From assembly GCA_032128875.1 (NCBI GenBank), contig JAVLKG010000003.1, forward strand, positions 984,974 through 1,048,973: a stretch of 64,000 nt of DNA, read 5' to 3'. This DNA comes from Candidatus Melainabacteria bacterium 17Bon1m (GTDB taxonomy: Bacteria; Cyanobacteriota; Vampirovibrionia; Obscuribacterales; Obscuribacteraceae). The position numbers were made by a program, and so were the translations under genes. Positions 56,615 to 64,000 of this stretch are shown here, piece after piece; within the stretch, counting starts at the first letter, position 1; the number at the start of each line of letters is the position of its first letter. The notes under the pieces are model-generated. The model was given only the letters and a program-made list of their open reading frames with translations. It did no database searches and was not told where the DNA came from.

Positions 56615-56924
56615 TTACTGTTGACCTCTCATGATTCAGATCCATGATCAATTTCGGTTTGCCGAATCCAACGACAATTAGCACTCCCGGATCTTTCTGA
56701 ATGATTGTTGGGGTGCCGAATACAAAGATTTTGGACTTGTGATAGGCAGTGATCTCTGTATTGTCATAGGCGTTCACCGTCGACTCATCGAGCGCCGTCA
56801 CCTTTGCATTATCCTTGGCAAAAACTTTCGTTGTTCCCTTGGCCACAATCGAGCACTTCATTGACACTCGAACAATGCCCTGTTTAAGACAGCGCTTACG
56901 GCCTCTGCAAATTACTCTTTCCAT
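56427..56924 (-). CDS. Protein with 8-aa beta-solenoid repeats
   Basis: VFAKDNAK/VTALDEST/VNAYDNTE/ITAYHKSK. Confidence 0.55.
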   Translation of the reverse strand: MERVICRGRKRCLKQGIVRVSMKCSIVAKGTTKVFAKDNAKVTALDESTVNAYDNTEITAYHKSKIFVFGTPTIIQKDPGVLIVVGFGKPKLIMDLNHERSTVNGKTTRRLGAVASTCASKRRGSGKGNSSTKSGNCKAKARSGSGAKSKPKVKRAISSRSKKVS

Positions 56925-56937
56925 ACCAAACTCCCTC

Positions 56938-56957
56938 CGCCACCAAATACAGTGGCG
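56938..56957. promoter_or_regulatory. Operator-like palindrome
   Basis: CGCCACC-AAATAC-AGTGGCG next to the RBS of 56924. Confidence 0.55.
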
Positions 56958-57006
56958 AGCATAGCAACTGAAAAATTCGATTTCGATTCGAGACTTGATT
57001 AAATCG

Positions 57007-57645
57007 CTAAGCGACTTCTGTTAATGACTTCAATCGCAATGCAATTGTGTTCTTGTATTCAACCAAGTGATCTATTTCTTGCATAATCAAAGATTGAGCT
57101 TCCCCATCTTTGCGAATGCCAAACTTGTCGCATAAGCGATCAATAAACTTGCCGCATGAAGCGATAGTCGCTGCCTGTTGTTCATTCTTTACAGAAAGAA
57201 CCTTGTTGTTCTCCAACGATTGCTGAAGTGCTACTTCAAGACCTTGAGCCTTGTTTGTTGCATTCGCGAGCTCTTTCCCCAGCTTGTCTTCACTGCAAAC
57301 AATTTCGAGCAGAGCAGATCGGACCAGTTGCTTACAAAGCAATGCTTGCTCTTCTGTTGCCACCAATGGCACATCCGAGACTGTCGCGACTTCAAATCTC
57401 TTTTGCTTTACTGGCGTACCGAGAAAATATGACTCGAGCAGCTCCGCAACTTTCGAAGTCAATCCCTTGTACTTCTTTGTTTTACGTTCAAAACGTTCCG
57501 CCGCTTCCTTCCATGTCGTGCAGCCAGCAAGCATATTGAAATCAAATATGCGCACAGCACAACACATGATTGGATGCCAATTAGTCATGTTCGGGTAGCC
57601 ATTCTTTCTAAGAAAGCCAAGAAAACCATTTCTATCAAATTGCAT
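57007..57645 (-). CDS. Hypothetical protein, first gene of the leftward operon
   Basis: 212 aa, C-terminal coiled coil; GGAG RBS. Confidence 0.6.
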   Translation of the reverse strand: MQFDRNGFLGFLRKNGYPNMTNWHPIMCCAVRIFDFNMLAGCTTWKEAAERFERKTKKYKGLTSKVAELLESYFLGTPVKQKRFEVATVSDVPLVATEEQALLCKQLVRSALLEIVCSEDKLGKELANATNKAQGLEVALQQSLENNKVLSVKNEQQAATIASCGKFIDRLCDKFGIRKDGEAQSLIMQEIDHLVEYKNTIALRLKSLTEVA

Positions 57646-57661
57646 AGATTCTCCACAGCAA

Positions 57662-57744
57662 AGCCAACCCTGCCAAAAGAACAGGCATGGATGAATATCG
57701 CCGAGGAATAGGCGATCACGCCTGCCCTTCAGACAAGATTGGCT
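57662..57744 (-). promoter_or_regulatory. Long leader RNA hairpin
   Basis: AGCCAATCTTGTC/GGCAGGGTTGGCT, GAAGGG/TTCTTT, CAGGCGTG/CATGCCTG, ATCGCC/GGCGAT; complete only with G:U pairs on the minus strand. Confidence 0.7.
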
Positions 57745-57763
57745 ACATTCGACTTAAGACCCT

Positions 57764-57783
57764 TGCCACCAGATTCGGTATCA
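57764..57783. promoter_or_regulatory. Operator-like palindrome
   Basis: TGCCACC-AGATTC-GGTATCA. Confidence 0.65.
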
Positions 57784-57865
57784 GCAAAACATTACCGAGT
57801 GATAACGCGGACAATCTTACAAGGGGTTGAAAGATGTTTCAATCACTTCACATCAAACTCGATGA

Positions 57866-58162
57866 TTACTTGCCTTTAACATCTGCTTCGTTCCACAGCT
57901 TTTCGAAGTTGCCGACCCGCTTTTCGAGTACTGGGACAGGCTGAAGAACCTGTTGACCTTCGGCATTCTGTACGACCTGCCACATATCCCCTGTATAGGA
58001 ATCAAGCAAAAAACGATCAGCCCGAGTTAATGGGCTGATCGAAAAATGAAACCGCTCTTTGTTTACGGTTGGTTGATTTTGTCGGCTATAGAACTGATAG
58101 GCGATTAATCCAATAACAACCAACATTGCTATCGATATCAATCTATCTGGATCTAGTTTCAT
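57866..58162 (-). CDS. Single-TM membrane protein, superinfection-exclusion candidate
   Basis: N-terminal TM, small beta domain, C-terminal NFEKLWNE; directly behind the HTH gene. Confidence 0.65.
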   Translation of the reverse strand: MKLDPDRLISIAMLVVIGLIAYQFYSRQNQPTVNKERFHFSISPLTRADRFLLDSYTGDMWQVVQNAEGQQVLQPVPVLEKRVGNFEKLWNEADVKGK

Positions 58163-58164
58163 AG

Positions 58165-58419
58165 CTAAGAAGCCATAACTAAATCAGAAAACCCCTCCAT
58201 GATTTCAACCGCCGACAGCCCAGTTAAAGCGCTGAGCTTCTTCGCGTTCGGAAGTGTCGGCACTCGCCCATCAAAAGCATATGTATCCAATGTCGAACGA
58301 GCGAGGTCGTGACCAGTTTCAAGCGCAAGCTTGGATAGGTCTGTTAACGTTTCGCACTCTGCCAATTCCAGCAGTCGCGTCATAAACGGATGCATTTCTT
58401 TGGATGATTTGCCTGCCAT
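58165..58419 (-). CDS. XRE-like HTH regulator (repressor candidate)
   Basis: LARSTLDTY..DGRVPTLPNAKKLSALTGLS. Confidence 0.75.
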   Translation of the reverse strand: MAGKSSKEMHPFMTRLLELAECETLTDLSKLALETGHDLARSTLDTYAFDGRVPTLPNAKKLSALTGLSAVEIMEGFSDLVMAS

Positions 58420-58440
58420 GCCCTACCCTCTTCCTTGAAT

Positions 58441-58469
58441 AGAATATATCCTGTATATTGAGCTGACAA
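58441..58469 (-). promoter_or_regulatory. Sigma70-type promoter for HTH/membrane-protein pair
   Basis: TTGTCA-17 bp-TATTCT on the minus strand. Confidence 0.5.
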
Positions 58470-58493
58470 CCAGTTGACACTGGATTTAAAACC

Positions 58494-58535
58494 TGGAGCG
58501 TACCGGGGTCGAACCGGTGACCTCTTCAATGCCAT
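58494..58535. repeat. attR: 42-bp direct repeat
   Basis: Identical to 14320-14361; ends exactly at the anticodon loop. Confidence 0.97.
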
Positions 58536-58566
58536 TGAAGCGCGCTACCAACTGCGCTAACGCCCC
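58494..58566 (-). tRNA. tRNA-Ala(GGC), host, integration target
   Basis: GGGGCGT/ACGCTCC with G3:U70, CTTCA-ATGGCAT-TGAAG, GTTCGAC T loop. Confidence 0.96.
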
Positions 58567-58672
58567 GTCAGGAAGTGGTTATACCATAAACGCTTTAGGA
58601 AGGCACGCAAAGGCAAGGTGAGCCTTAACGGAATGAATTTTGCAGCAAACCAGGCGATGTATCGCTTCGCCC

Positions 58673-59845
58673 TTAAGCTTTGCGGCTAATTTCCACAGGC
58701 GTTACGAGTTCGCCTAGTTCATTTATTTGCGCTTCAGAATTGGACGCTGAAGGGCAGGTTCCGCAGCCGGCGCCTTGATTAGTCCCGCTCATAGGGTTGG
58801 CCGGCAGTTTTGCAATTGCTTTGTCTTTACTACCGGGCAGCATCCTTGTCAGGTTGAGTCCTGTTCTGGCTTCAACGTACTGTTTGGCTTTTTCCTTGCC
58901 CCAGCGCAATTTGCTCTTCACATTGAGAAGGAAATATTTGTCGGGCGGCCACAAGAACGAAGTCTCGAAATAACACCAAATAGTGCATCCCTGGCAAAAG
59001 TCCCACGAACCTTCTTCCGATCGTTTCTTCTGCACCGGTGGGCTTCGCCACAGCTCATCCAGGTTGGAGCGACCGTTTTCGTGTTTGATCTTCAGCCTTT
59101 CATCGTGCATGTGATAGCACGGCAAGAGCAGATGATCGTCAGGTGAGATAACTATGGTTGATGAAACCGCCCGGCAGCGCGGGCTTTTGACCTGATTGCC
59201 GCCATTCAGGTAAAACTCGAGAAACGCCCAGTTAACACAGACATTGTCGAATTTAGCCAGTCTTTGAAGTTCTTTGATGCCTTCTTTGTGCAGCAATTCG
59301 TTGCCGCAGAAATCGAAGACCGGTCCTAGAAGCACTACGACGCCCAATTCTTGCGCCAGCCTGATGACAGGTTCCATGCCCCAGATAGATTCTTGCGTCG
59401 CCGTGGCAATGATAGATGGGCGCTCGCCAAGGCTGCGTGCAAGCTTTAAGCTTTCAACAACTTTGTCGTATCCGTCGATGCCGCGCTCAGCCTTGTATTC
59501 ATCTCGATCTGTGGTTGAAAGCGAGAATTTCAAATCGTCGACCAGTCCGACAAGTTCTTTTGCCATGCGCGGATAGAGTGTTCCGGTGTTGGCAAGGCTG
59601 GTGAAGAACCCCATTGCTTTGGCTGCCCGCAAGACTTCCGGCAAGTATCTGTAGATAAGCGGTTCGCCACCGGTGAAATCAAGAACTTTCACACCCAGAC
59701 GTTTGAGCGCTGCCAGGTTTTCAATGATTGTCTCTGGCTGACTTTCTTTGATGCGAATGTTTTCCGGCTTAATAGGAATGTCGCAATAGGTGCAGCGCGA
59801 ATTGCACTTATAAGTGAGGTAATAGTTGGCAAGGATAGGCGGCAC
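58673..59845 (-). CDS. Radical SAM/SPASM-type protein
   Basis: CNSRCTYC, FTGGEP, C-terminal PC ... CQGCTIWC. Confidence 0.9.
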   Translation of the reverse strand: MPPILANYYLTYKCNSRCTYCDIPIKPENIRIKESQPETIIENLAALKRLGVKVLDFTGGEPLIYRYLPEVLRAAKAMGFFTSLANTGTLYPRMAKELVGLVDDLKFSLSTTDRDEYKAERGIDGYDKVVESLKLARSLGERPSIIATATQESIWGMEPVIRLAQELGVVVLLGPVFDFCGNELLHKEGIKELQRLAKFDNVCVNWAFLEFYLNGGNQVKSPRCRAVSSTIVISPDDHLLLPCYHMHDERLKIKHENGRSNLDELWRSPPVQKKRSEEGSWDFCQGCTIWCYFETSFLWPPDKYFLLNVKSKLRWGKEKAKQYVEARTGLNLTRMLPGSKDKAIAKLPANPMSGTNQGAGCGTCPSASNSEAQINELGELVTPVEISRKA

Positions 59846-60101
59846 TGTCTAAAGCTCGATTCTTGTGGCTTGGTATTGGCGCGACTCGGTATTAGTCAGT
59901 TGGTTCCAAAAAGTTTGGGCTTCTCTTGCCAACCTGTTGCGTGTCACTGCTATAGGGCGCCGGCTGGCAGTCGAAAGACTGTAGAGGGCGGTCAGGGTTG
60001 TTTTATACAAATACAGTATATTAAAGCCGCTAGCGGCTACATTATCTGGTTGCCAGGTATGGGCGACTTTCGCTAAATAACTTCTATAAAGTAGGTTTTC
60101 T

Positions 60102-60656
60102 GTGCGCCATCCTCGTCTGCTAAAAAGAGAAGATTCCGTTCTTCTCATCGTTGATGTTCAAGAAAGTTTTCGCTCGAACATTCAAAACTTTGCCGATTTG
60201 ACCCGCAACATCACGATAATGGCGGAAGCGGCGAAGATTTTGAAATTGCCTGTAGTGGTTACGGAGCAGTATCCTCAAGGTCTAGGCAACATTGTGGCCG
60301 AGATTTCAGCTTGCTTGGGAGAGCACAAACTGTTTGAAAAAAGTTGCTTCAGCTGCTGTGGCAACGAACAGTTTATGTCTTATCTGGAAGGCACGGGGCG
60401 CAAACAGATTGTTGTGACTGGGATTGAAGCACATGTTTGCATCAATCAAACAGTTCACGATCTTATGGAAGCAGGGTATCAGGTCCATCTCGTTACAGAT
60501 GCTGTATCGAGCCGTAGTCAGAAGAATCGCGAAGTCGGAATTGAAAAAATGCTGCAATCCGGCGCCATTCCTTCATCTGTAGAGGCTGCACTTTTTGAAA
60601 TGTTGGTCGAAGCAAATACAGAAACGTTCAAAGCCGTGCAGCGACTCGTTAAATAG
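60102..60656 (+). CDS. Isochorismatase-family hydrolase
   Basis: IVDVQE, TEQYPQGLG, EK..FSC, GIEAHVC. Confidence 0.92.
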   Translation: MRHPRLLKREDSVLLIVDVQESFRSNIQNFADLTRNITIMAEAAKILKLPVVVTEQYPQGLGNIVAEISACLGEHKLFEKSCFSCCGNEQFMSYLEGTGRKQIVVTGIEAHVCINQTVHDLMEAGYQVHLVTDAVSSRSQKNREVGIEKMLQSGAIPSSVEAALFEMLVEANTETFKAVQRLVK

Positions 60657-60859
60657 CATCGAGACATCGAACCGCTGGTGGTGGCGTACTAAATCTGTTG
60701 CAGTATCCACGCGCACCCTGTCGAATTTGCTCAAATTGCAGCATTGCTGCATTGCATTGCGAAACTTAGCTAAATTAGCATTATCCCTTGGATAGTTCGC
60801 TCGCAATGTGATTTACTTTTGCGCGGAAGCTTGCCAATATTAAAGACGTCAAGCGATTT

Positions 60860-62902
60860 ATGGAAACCCCCGGTATGCGAAATTATTCTCCATTGGTGCC
60901 CAGGCGTGCGGGTGCATTGGGAGCGCTTTTGTCGTTGTCATGCATACTTAGTTATGCGCCATGTTACTTAGGCGGCTTGCCGGTACTTGCTCAAACGACT
61001 GCTCCTTCAGGCAATCCCAACGATCAGCTTACTCAGCCGTCCAATCCGCCTCAAACTGCTGTTCCGGCTGGACCTCAGCCCTCCATGCCATTGCAGCCGT
61101 CGGTTCCATATAAAGTTGAGCCGCAGAGCACTGGTTCTGGCTCTGCGATCAATCCGCAAAATCCGGCTTCCGGCAACGATGGTTTGCCCAGCGGTGCAAG
61201 GGTTGAATCAGAGTTGAACTATGGGCAAGGCACGAGTGAAGAAACGGTAAAGCAGGAGTTGAATACTTCTCCACTTTCTCCTTTTTTCCGTAAGCAAGAA
61301 ACCCAAATTATCGAAGGTCAAGCAACCGATTTCAGAAATAAATATCTGGTCGGTGAAGCAATTGAGTTGCAGCTTCCCAAGCCGGAGCAGATGATTCCGC
61401 TTGGAGGCAGGTTGCCTCCAATTCGATTGGAAGCTAGCTATACACAACCTGTTGGTTTGAAGGATGTATTGCAGTACGCCATCGGCAACAACCTCGATAT
61501 TCGCATTCAGCAAGAACAAGTAAACACCGAGAGATGGCGGTTAGGAGCGCAAATGGGGCGCTTCTTGCCAGACACGATCATGGATTACCAATCGCAGTAT
61601 ATCCAGGGTTCGCAATTACTCGGTGGAACAATTCCAATTGCGTTTGCTACGCCGAACGTGCTTACCCATGCTGGTTTTCGCTACTACGGATTCCGTGGCG
61701 GCAGTGTTATGTTCGGCACGCTTGCGCAGCTTCATAATTACAAAGCCTCAAAGCAACAACTGAAAGCCAATGTAAATGACACTCTTATGGAGGTCGCGCG
61801 TCAGTATTACAACATGATTCGCAACCAGGCTTTGCTGCAAATTCAAACTCGCGCAGTAGAAGTGTCGAAAGCGCAGGTCTTACTCAACCAGCAATTACAG
61901 AGAGCCGGCACCGGGACTAAATTCCAAGTCCTTCAGGCAGAAACACAGTTGGCTCGCGACGAACAAAATCTGCTTACTCAGCAGGTCGAATTGCGCCGCA
62001 CTGCAATTAGACTCGCTGTTTCGCTCAACTTGAACAGCAGCGTAAACCTGCTTTCACTCGAGCCTGAAGTGAGAAAGACGCGCCTTTTTGATCCAAACCT
62101 AGATATCAATCGCATCATTGCACTGACGATATTAAACCGACCTGAATTGCGACAATTTGAAGAGCTTCGCCTTGCCGCGCGCAGACAAGTTCAAGTGGCT
62201 GCTGCTCCTCTTTATCCCCGCTTTTCATTCTTCGGCACCATTACCGGAAGCGGTCAAACTCTCAGTCAAAAGTATGCATTCGTGCCTGGCTCTTTCCGCG
62301 ATGTTCCTGTAACCGGTCCTGCACCACAGGGAAATGTTATTGACGTAACGCAGGGCAACGGCAATAACCCGACTGGAAACATCAATCAATTCGTCAATCC
62401 GGCATTGAATGCTACTCTCACTCAGGCTGGTGAAGTTTTTACCCCGCCAAGCTTTGTTTCGCGTCAGATTCGACCGTCTTACGCGATCGGCTGGTTATTG
62501 GACTGGAACTACGAAGGTCTTGGTGTTCCCACAGCCGCAACCGTTGGCGCTCAAAAGGCTCAAGCTCGCCAAGCACTGTTGCGCTCTAACCAAACGCTGA
62601 TAAATGTTTTGCAAGAAGTTCGTGACGCTTATCTGACAAGCCAAACCGCCGAAAGGCAGATCGAAGTGGCGACAAAAGGCGTTTTATCATCGGCGGAAGA
62701 ACTTCGTCTTGCTCGTGTGCGTCTGGCAAATGGCGTAGGGACTAACATCGACGTCATTAACGCTCAGCGCGATTTCACTCAGGCCCTGGTCACAAAGGCA
62801 GACGCCATTGTGGTTTTCAACATCGCTCAAGCGCAACTTCTGAGAAATATGGGTTTAATATCAGTAGATAATCTGACTTCCGGAAGACTTGTGACTCAAT
62901 AA
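60860..62902 (+). CDS. TolC-family outer-membrane efflux protein
   Basis: Signal peptide; AIGNNLDI, GTGTKFQVLQAE, RPEL, GVGTNIDVINAQ. Confidence 0.9.
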   Translation: METPGMRNYSPLVPRRAGALGALLSLSCILSYAPCYLGGLPVLAQTTAPSGNPNDQLTQPSNPPQTAVPAGPQPSMPLQPSVPYKVEPQSTGSGSAINPQNPASGNDGLPSGARVESELNYGQGTSEETVKQELNTSPLSPFFRKQETQIIEGQATDFRNKYLVGEAIELQLPKPEQMIPLGGRLPPIRLEASYTQPVGLKDVLQYAIGNNLDIRIQQEQVNTERWRLGAQMGRFLPDTIMDYQSQYIQGSQLLGGTIPIAFATPNVLTHAGFRYYGFRGGSVMFGTLAQLHNYKASKQQLKANVNDTLMEVARQYYNMIRNQALLQIQTRAVEVSKAQVLLNQQLQRAGTGTKFQVLQAETQLARDEQNLLTQQVELRRTAIRLAVSLNLNSSVNLLSLEPEVRKTRLFDPNLDINRIIALTILNRPELRQFEELRLAARRQVQVAAAPLYPRFSFFGTITGSGQTLSQKYAFVPGSFRDVPVTGPAPQGNVIDVTQGNGNNPTGNINQFVNPALNATLTQAGEVFTPPSFVSRQIRPSYAIGWLLDWNYEGLGVPTAATVGAQKAQARQALLRSNQTLINVLQEVRDAYLTSQTAERQIEVATKGVLSSAEELRLARVRLANGVGTNIDVINAQRDFTQALVTKADAIVVFNIAQAQLLRNMGLISVDNLTSGRLVTQ

Positions 62903-62931
62903 CCGTTATGTAATGACATTTTCTGGGATTG

Positions 62932-64000
62932 ATGTCACAGGGGGAGATACCTAGCAGGCCCCTCGGAATCCCAGGTCTATCGTGGACTATTTTGAGGAGT
63001 GCTCCCTTGGCGGACAAGAACCTCATAGGCATGATTGGCGGATTGCTGAAACGCTCTCGCAGCGAAACAGGCGGTCCCAAGCTCTTTCGCCTTAAAGAGA
63101 CGAACCTGGTTCGCCCTGACGATGACATCACGGGCGAAGAGCAGCAAGTTGCCAGAGAGCAAAGCTACACAGACCTTTGGTTGTCGGCACTCGACACTTC
63201 CAATGCCAAAGAGAAGAAACCTCGTTTGGCTGGCGCTGCAGCCGGCAGTGCGCGGCGCGGGCCGTCCAATCCCGATTTGAGTTTTACCGATGTCTGGATG
63301 AAGTCTCTGGCACCACCGCCGGAGGCGTTTGCGGAGTCGCAGGCTGATCCCGAACGTCTGAAAGAAGGCTCAGACCTCAAAGAAGGCGATTACAAGGTTC
63401 TTTTCCAGGTCGATAGACCGGGCTTCGGAAATTCGTATCTGGTATCGCACCAGGTCATGGATGCGGAAGGCAACTTCCTGAAGAAGGTCGCAGTCTTGAA
63501 GCGTTATCACCTTGTAGAGCCTAAAGATCCCGATATGCCGGACTCTGCGAGCCGTTTTATGAAGTATGCAAAACGGCTTGCCAAAATCGATCACCCCAAT
63601 ATCGTTCCGGTGCTCGACTACTTTGTCGAGGGTGATTACGGTTACCTGGTTCACCAATATTTGGAAGGTTTCTCTTTAAAGAAACAAATTCGGCAACTTG
63701 GTCCGCTGGACGAAAAGACAGTCATTGGGCTGCTTTTGCAGATGACTGATGTGGTTGGACACCTGCATGACCAGCCATCGCCGGTGGTGCATATTGATCT
63801 GACCCCGGATATTTTGCAAATGTGGCGCGGCAACACTTTGAAGTTGATCGATCTCGGTCCGGACCCCAGTCGCGGCATCTTCACTGCCCGCGCAGGCAAG
63901 AGCTACATGAAGTATTTGGCTCCCGAGCGTCTCACATCGAAGCCGGACGAACGCACCAATATGTATTCCATGGGTGCAACGCTCTTCTTCCTCATTACCG
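62932..64000 (+). CDS. Ser/Thr protein kinase-like protein (partial, probable pseudokinase)
   Basis: Open frame to window end (alternative TTG start 63007 with GAGGAG); AVLK, IDHPNIVPVLDYF, VVHIDLTPD, LIDLG, YLAPE. Confidence 0.85.
   Translation, partial: MSQGEIPSRPLGIPGLSWTILRSAPLADKNLIGMIGGLLKRSRSETGGPKLFRLKETNLVRPDDDITGEEQQVAREQSYTDLWLSALDTSNAKEKKPRLAGAAAGSARRGPSNPDLSFTDVWMKSLAPPPEAFAESQADPERLKEGSDLKEGDYKVLFQVDRPGFGNSYLVSHQVMDAEGNFLKKVAVLKRYHLVEPKDPDMPDSASRFMKYAKRLAKIDHPNIVPVLDYFVEGDYGYLVHQYLEGFSLKKQIRQLGPLDEKTVIGLLLQMTDVVGHLHDQPSPVVHIDLTPDILQMWRGNTLKLIDLGPDPSRGIFTARAGKSYMKYLAPERLTSKPDERTNMYSMGATLFFLIT

Larger units (their letters stand above)
14320..58535. mobile_element. Complete-looking temperate prophage (~44.2 kb, podovirus-like) integrated in tRNA-Ala(GGC)
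   Basis: Perfect att repeats, adjacent integrase, terminase/portal/capsid/tail/lysin and replication genes, no tape-measure or sheath gene seen. Confidence 0.96.

Noticed and set aside
49207-56924. Stop-codon recoding or programmed frameshifts suggested by long gene overlaps (dnaB/groES, sigma/MTase, 56427/56423)
   Set aside because: All three stop codons end genes normally, there is no suppressor tRNA, and the overlaps are non-conserved tails with separate starts for the downstream genes.
1-64000. CRISPR array, retron or diversity-generating retroelement
   Set aside because: No repeat-spacer array, no reverse transcriptase motif, and no TR/VR pair seen near the tail fibre.

Overview
Bacterial chromosomal window containing a complete-looking ~44.2-kb temperate prophage (14320-58535). 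The host genes resemble non-photosynthetic Cyanobacteriota (Melainabacteria/Obscuribacterales); this taxonomy is an inference. The prophage is integrated in the anticodon loop of a tRNA-Ala(GGC) gene and flanked by a perfect 42-bp att repeat. Host flanks carry a giant repeat protein with a papain-like C-terminus, glmU, coaX, an amidase, a DUF547 protein, a radical SAM enzyme, an isochorismatase-family hydrolase, TolC and a probable pseudokinase. The prophage has two tyrosine recombinases and a podovirus-like virion module in which the ejection genes precede terL. It also has lysis genes and a leftward replication/early arm (ERF, resolvase, DnaB, GroES, MazG-like, SLOG, ECF sigma, adenine MTase). 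An RNA/anti-defence island holds a ~320-nt highly structured ncRNA candidate, an Ala-identity tRNA-like RNA with a 6-nt anticodon loop, an Acb2/Tad1-like gene, seven further tRNAs and an Rnl2-family ligase. The most novel observations are three. (1) A small membrane protein beside the repressor ends in a copy of the repeated FxxLWN motif of the largest ejection protein, suggesting superinfection exclusion by mimicry. (2) The ncRNA and the odd tRNA may form one unit. (3) A 20-bp palindromic operator occurs at nine intergenic sites. All family assignments are by motif recognition from memory, not database searches.
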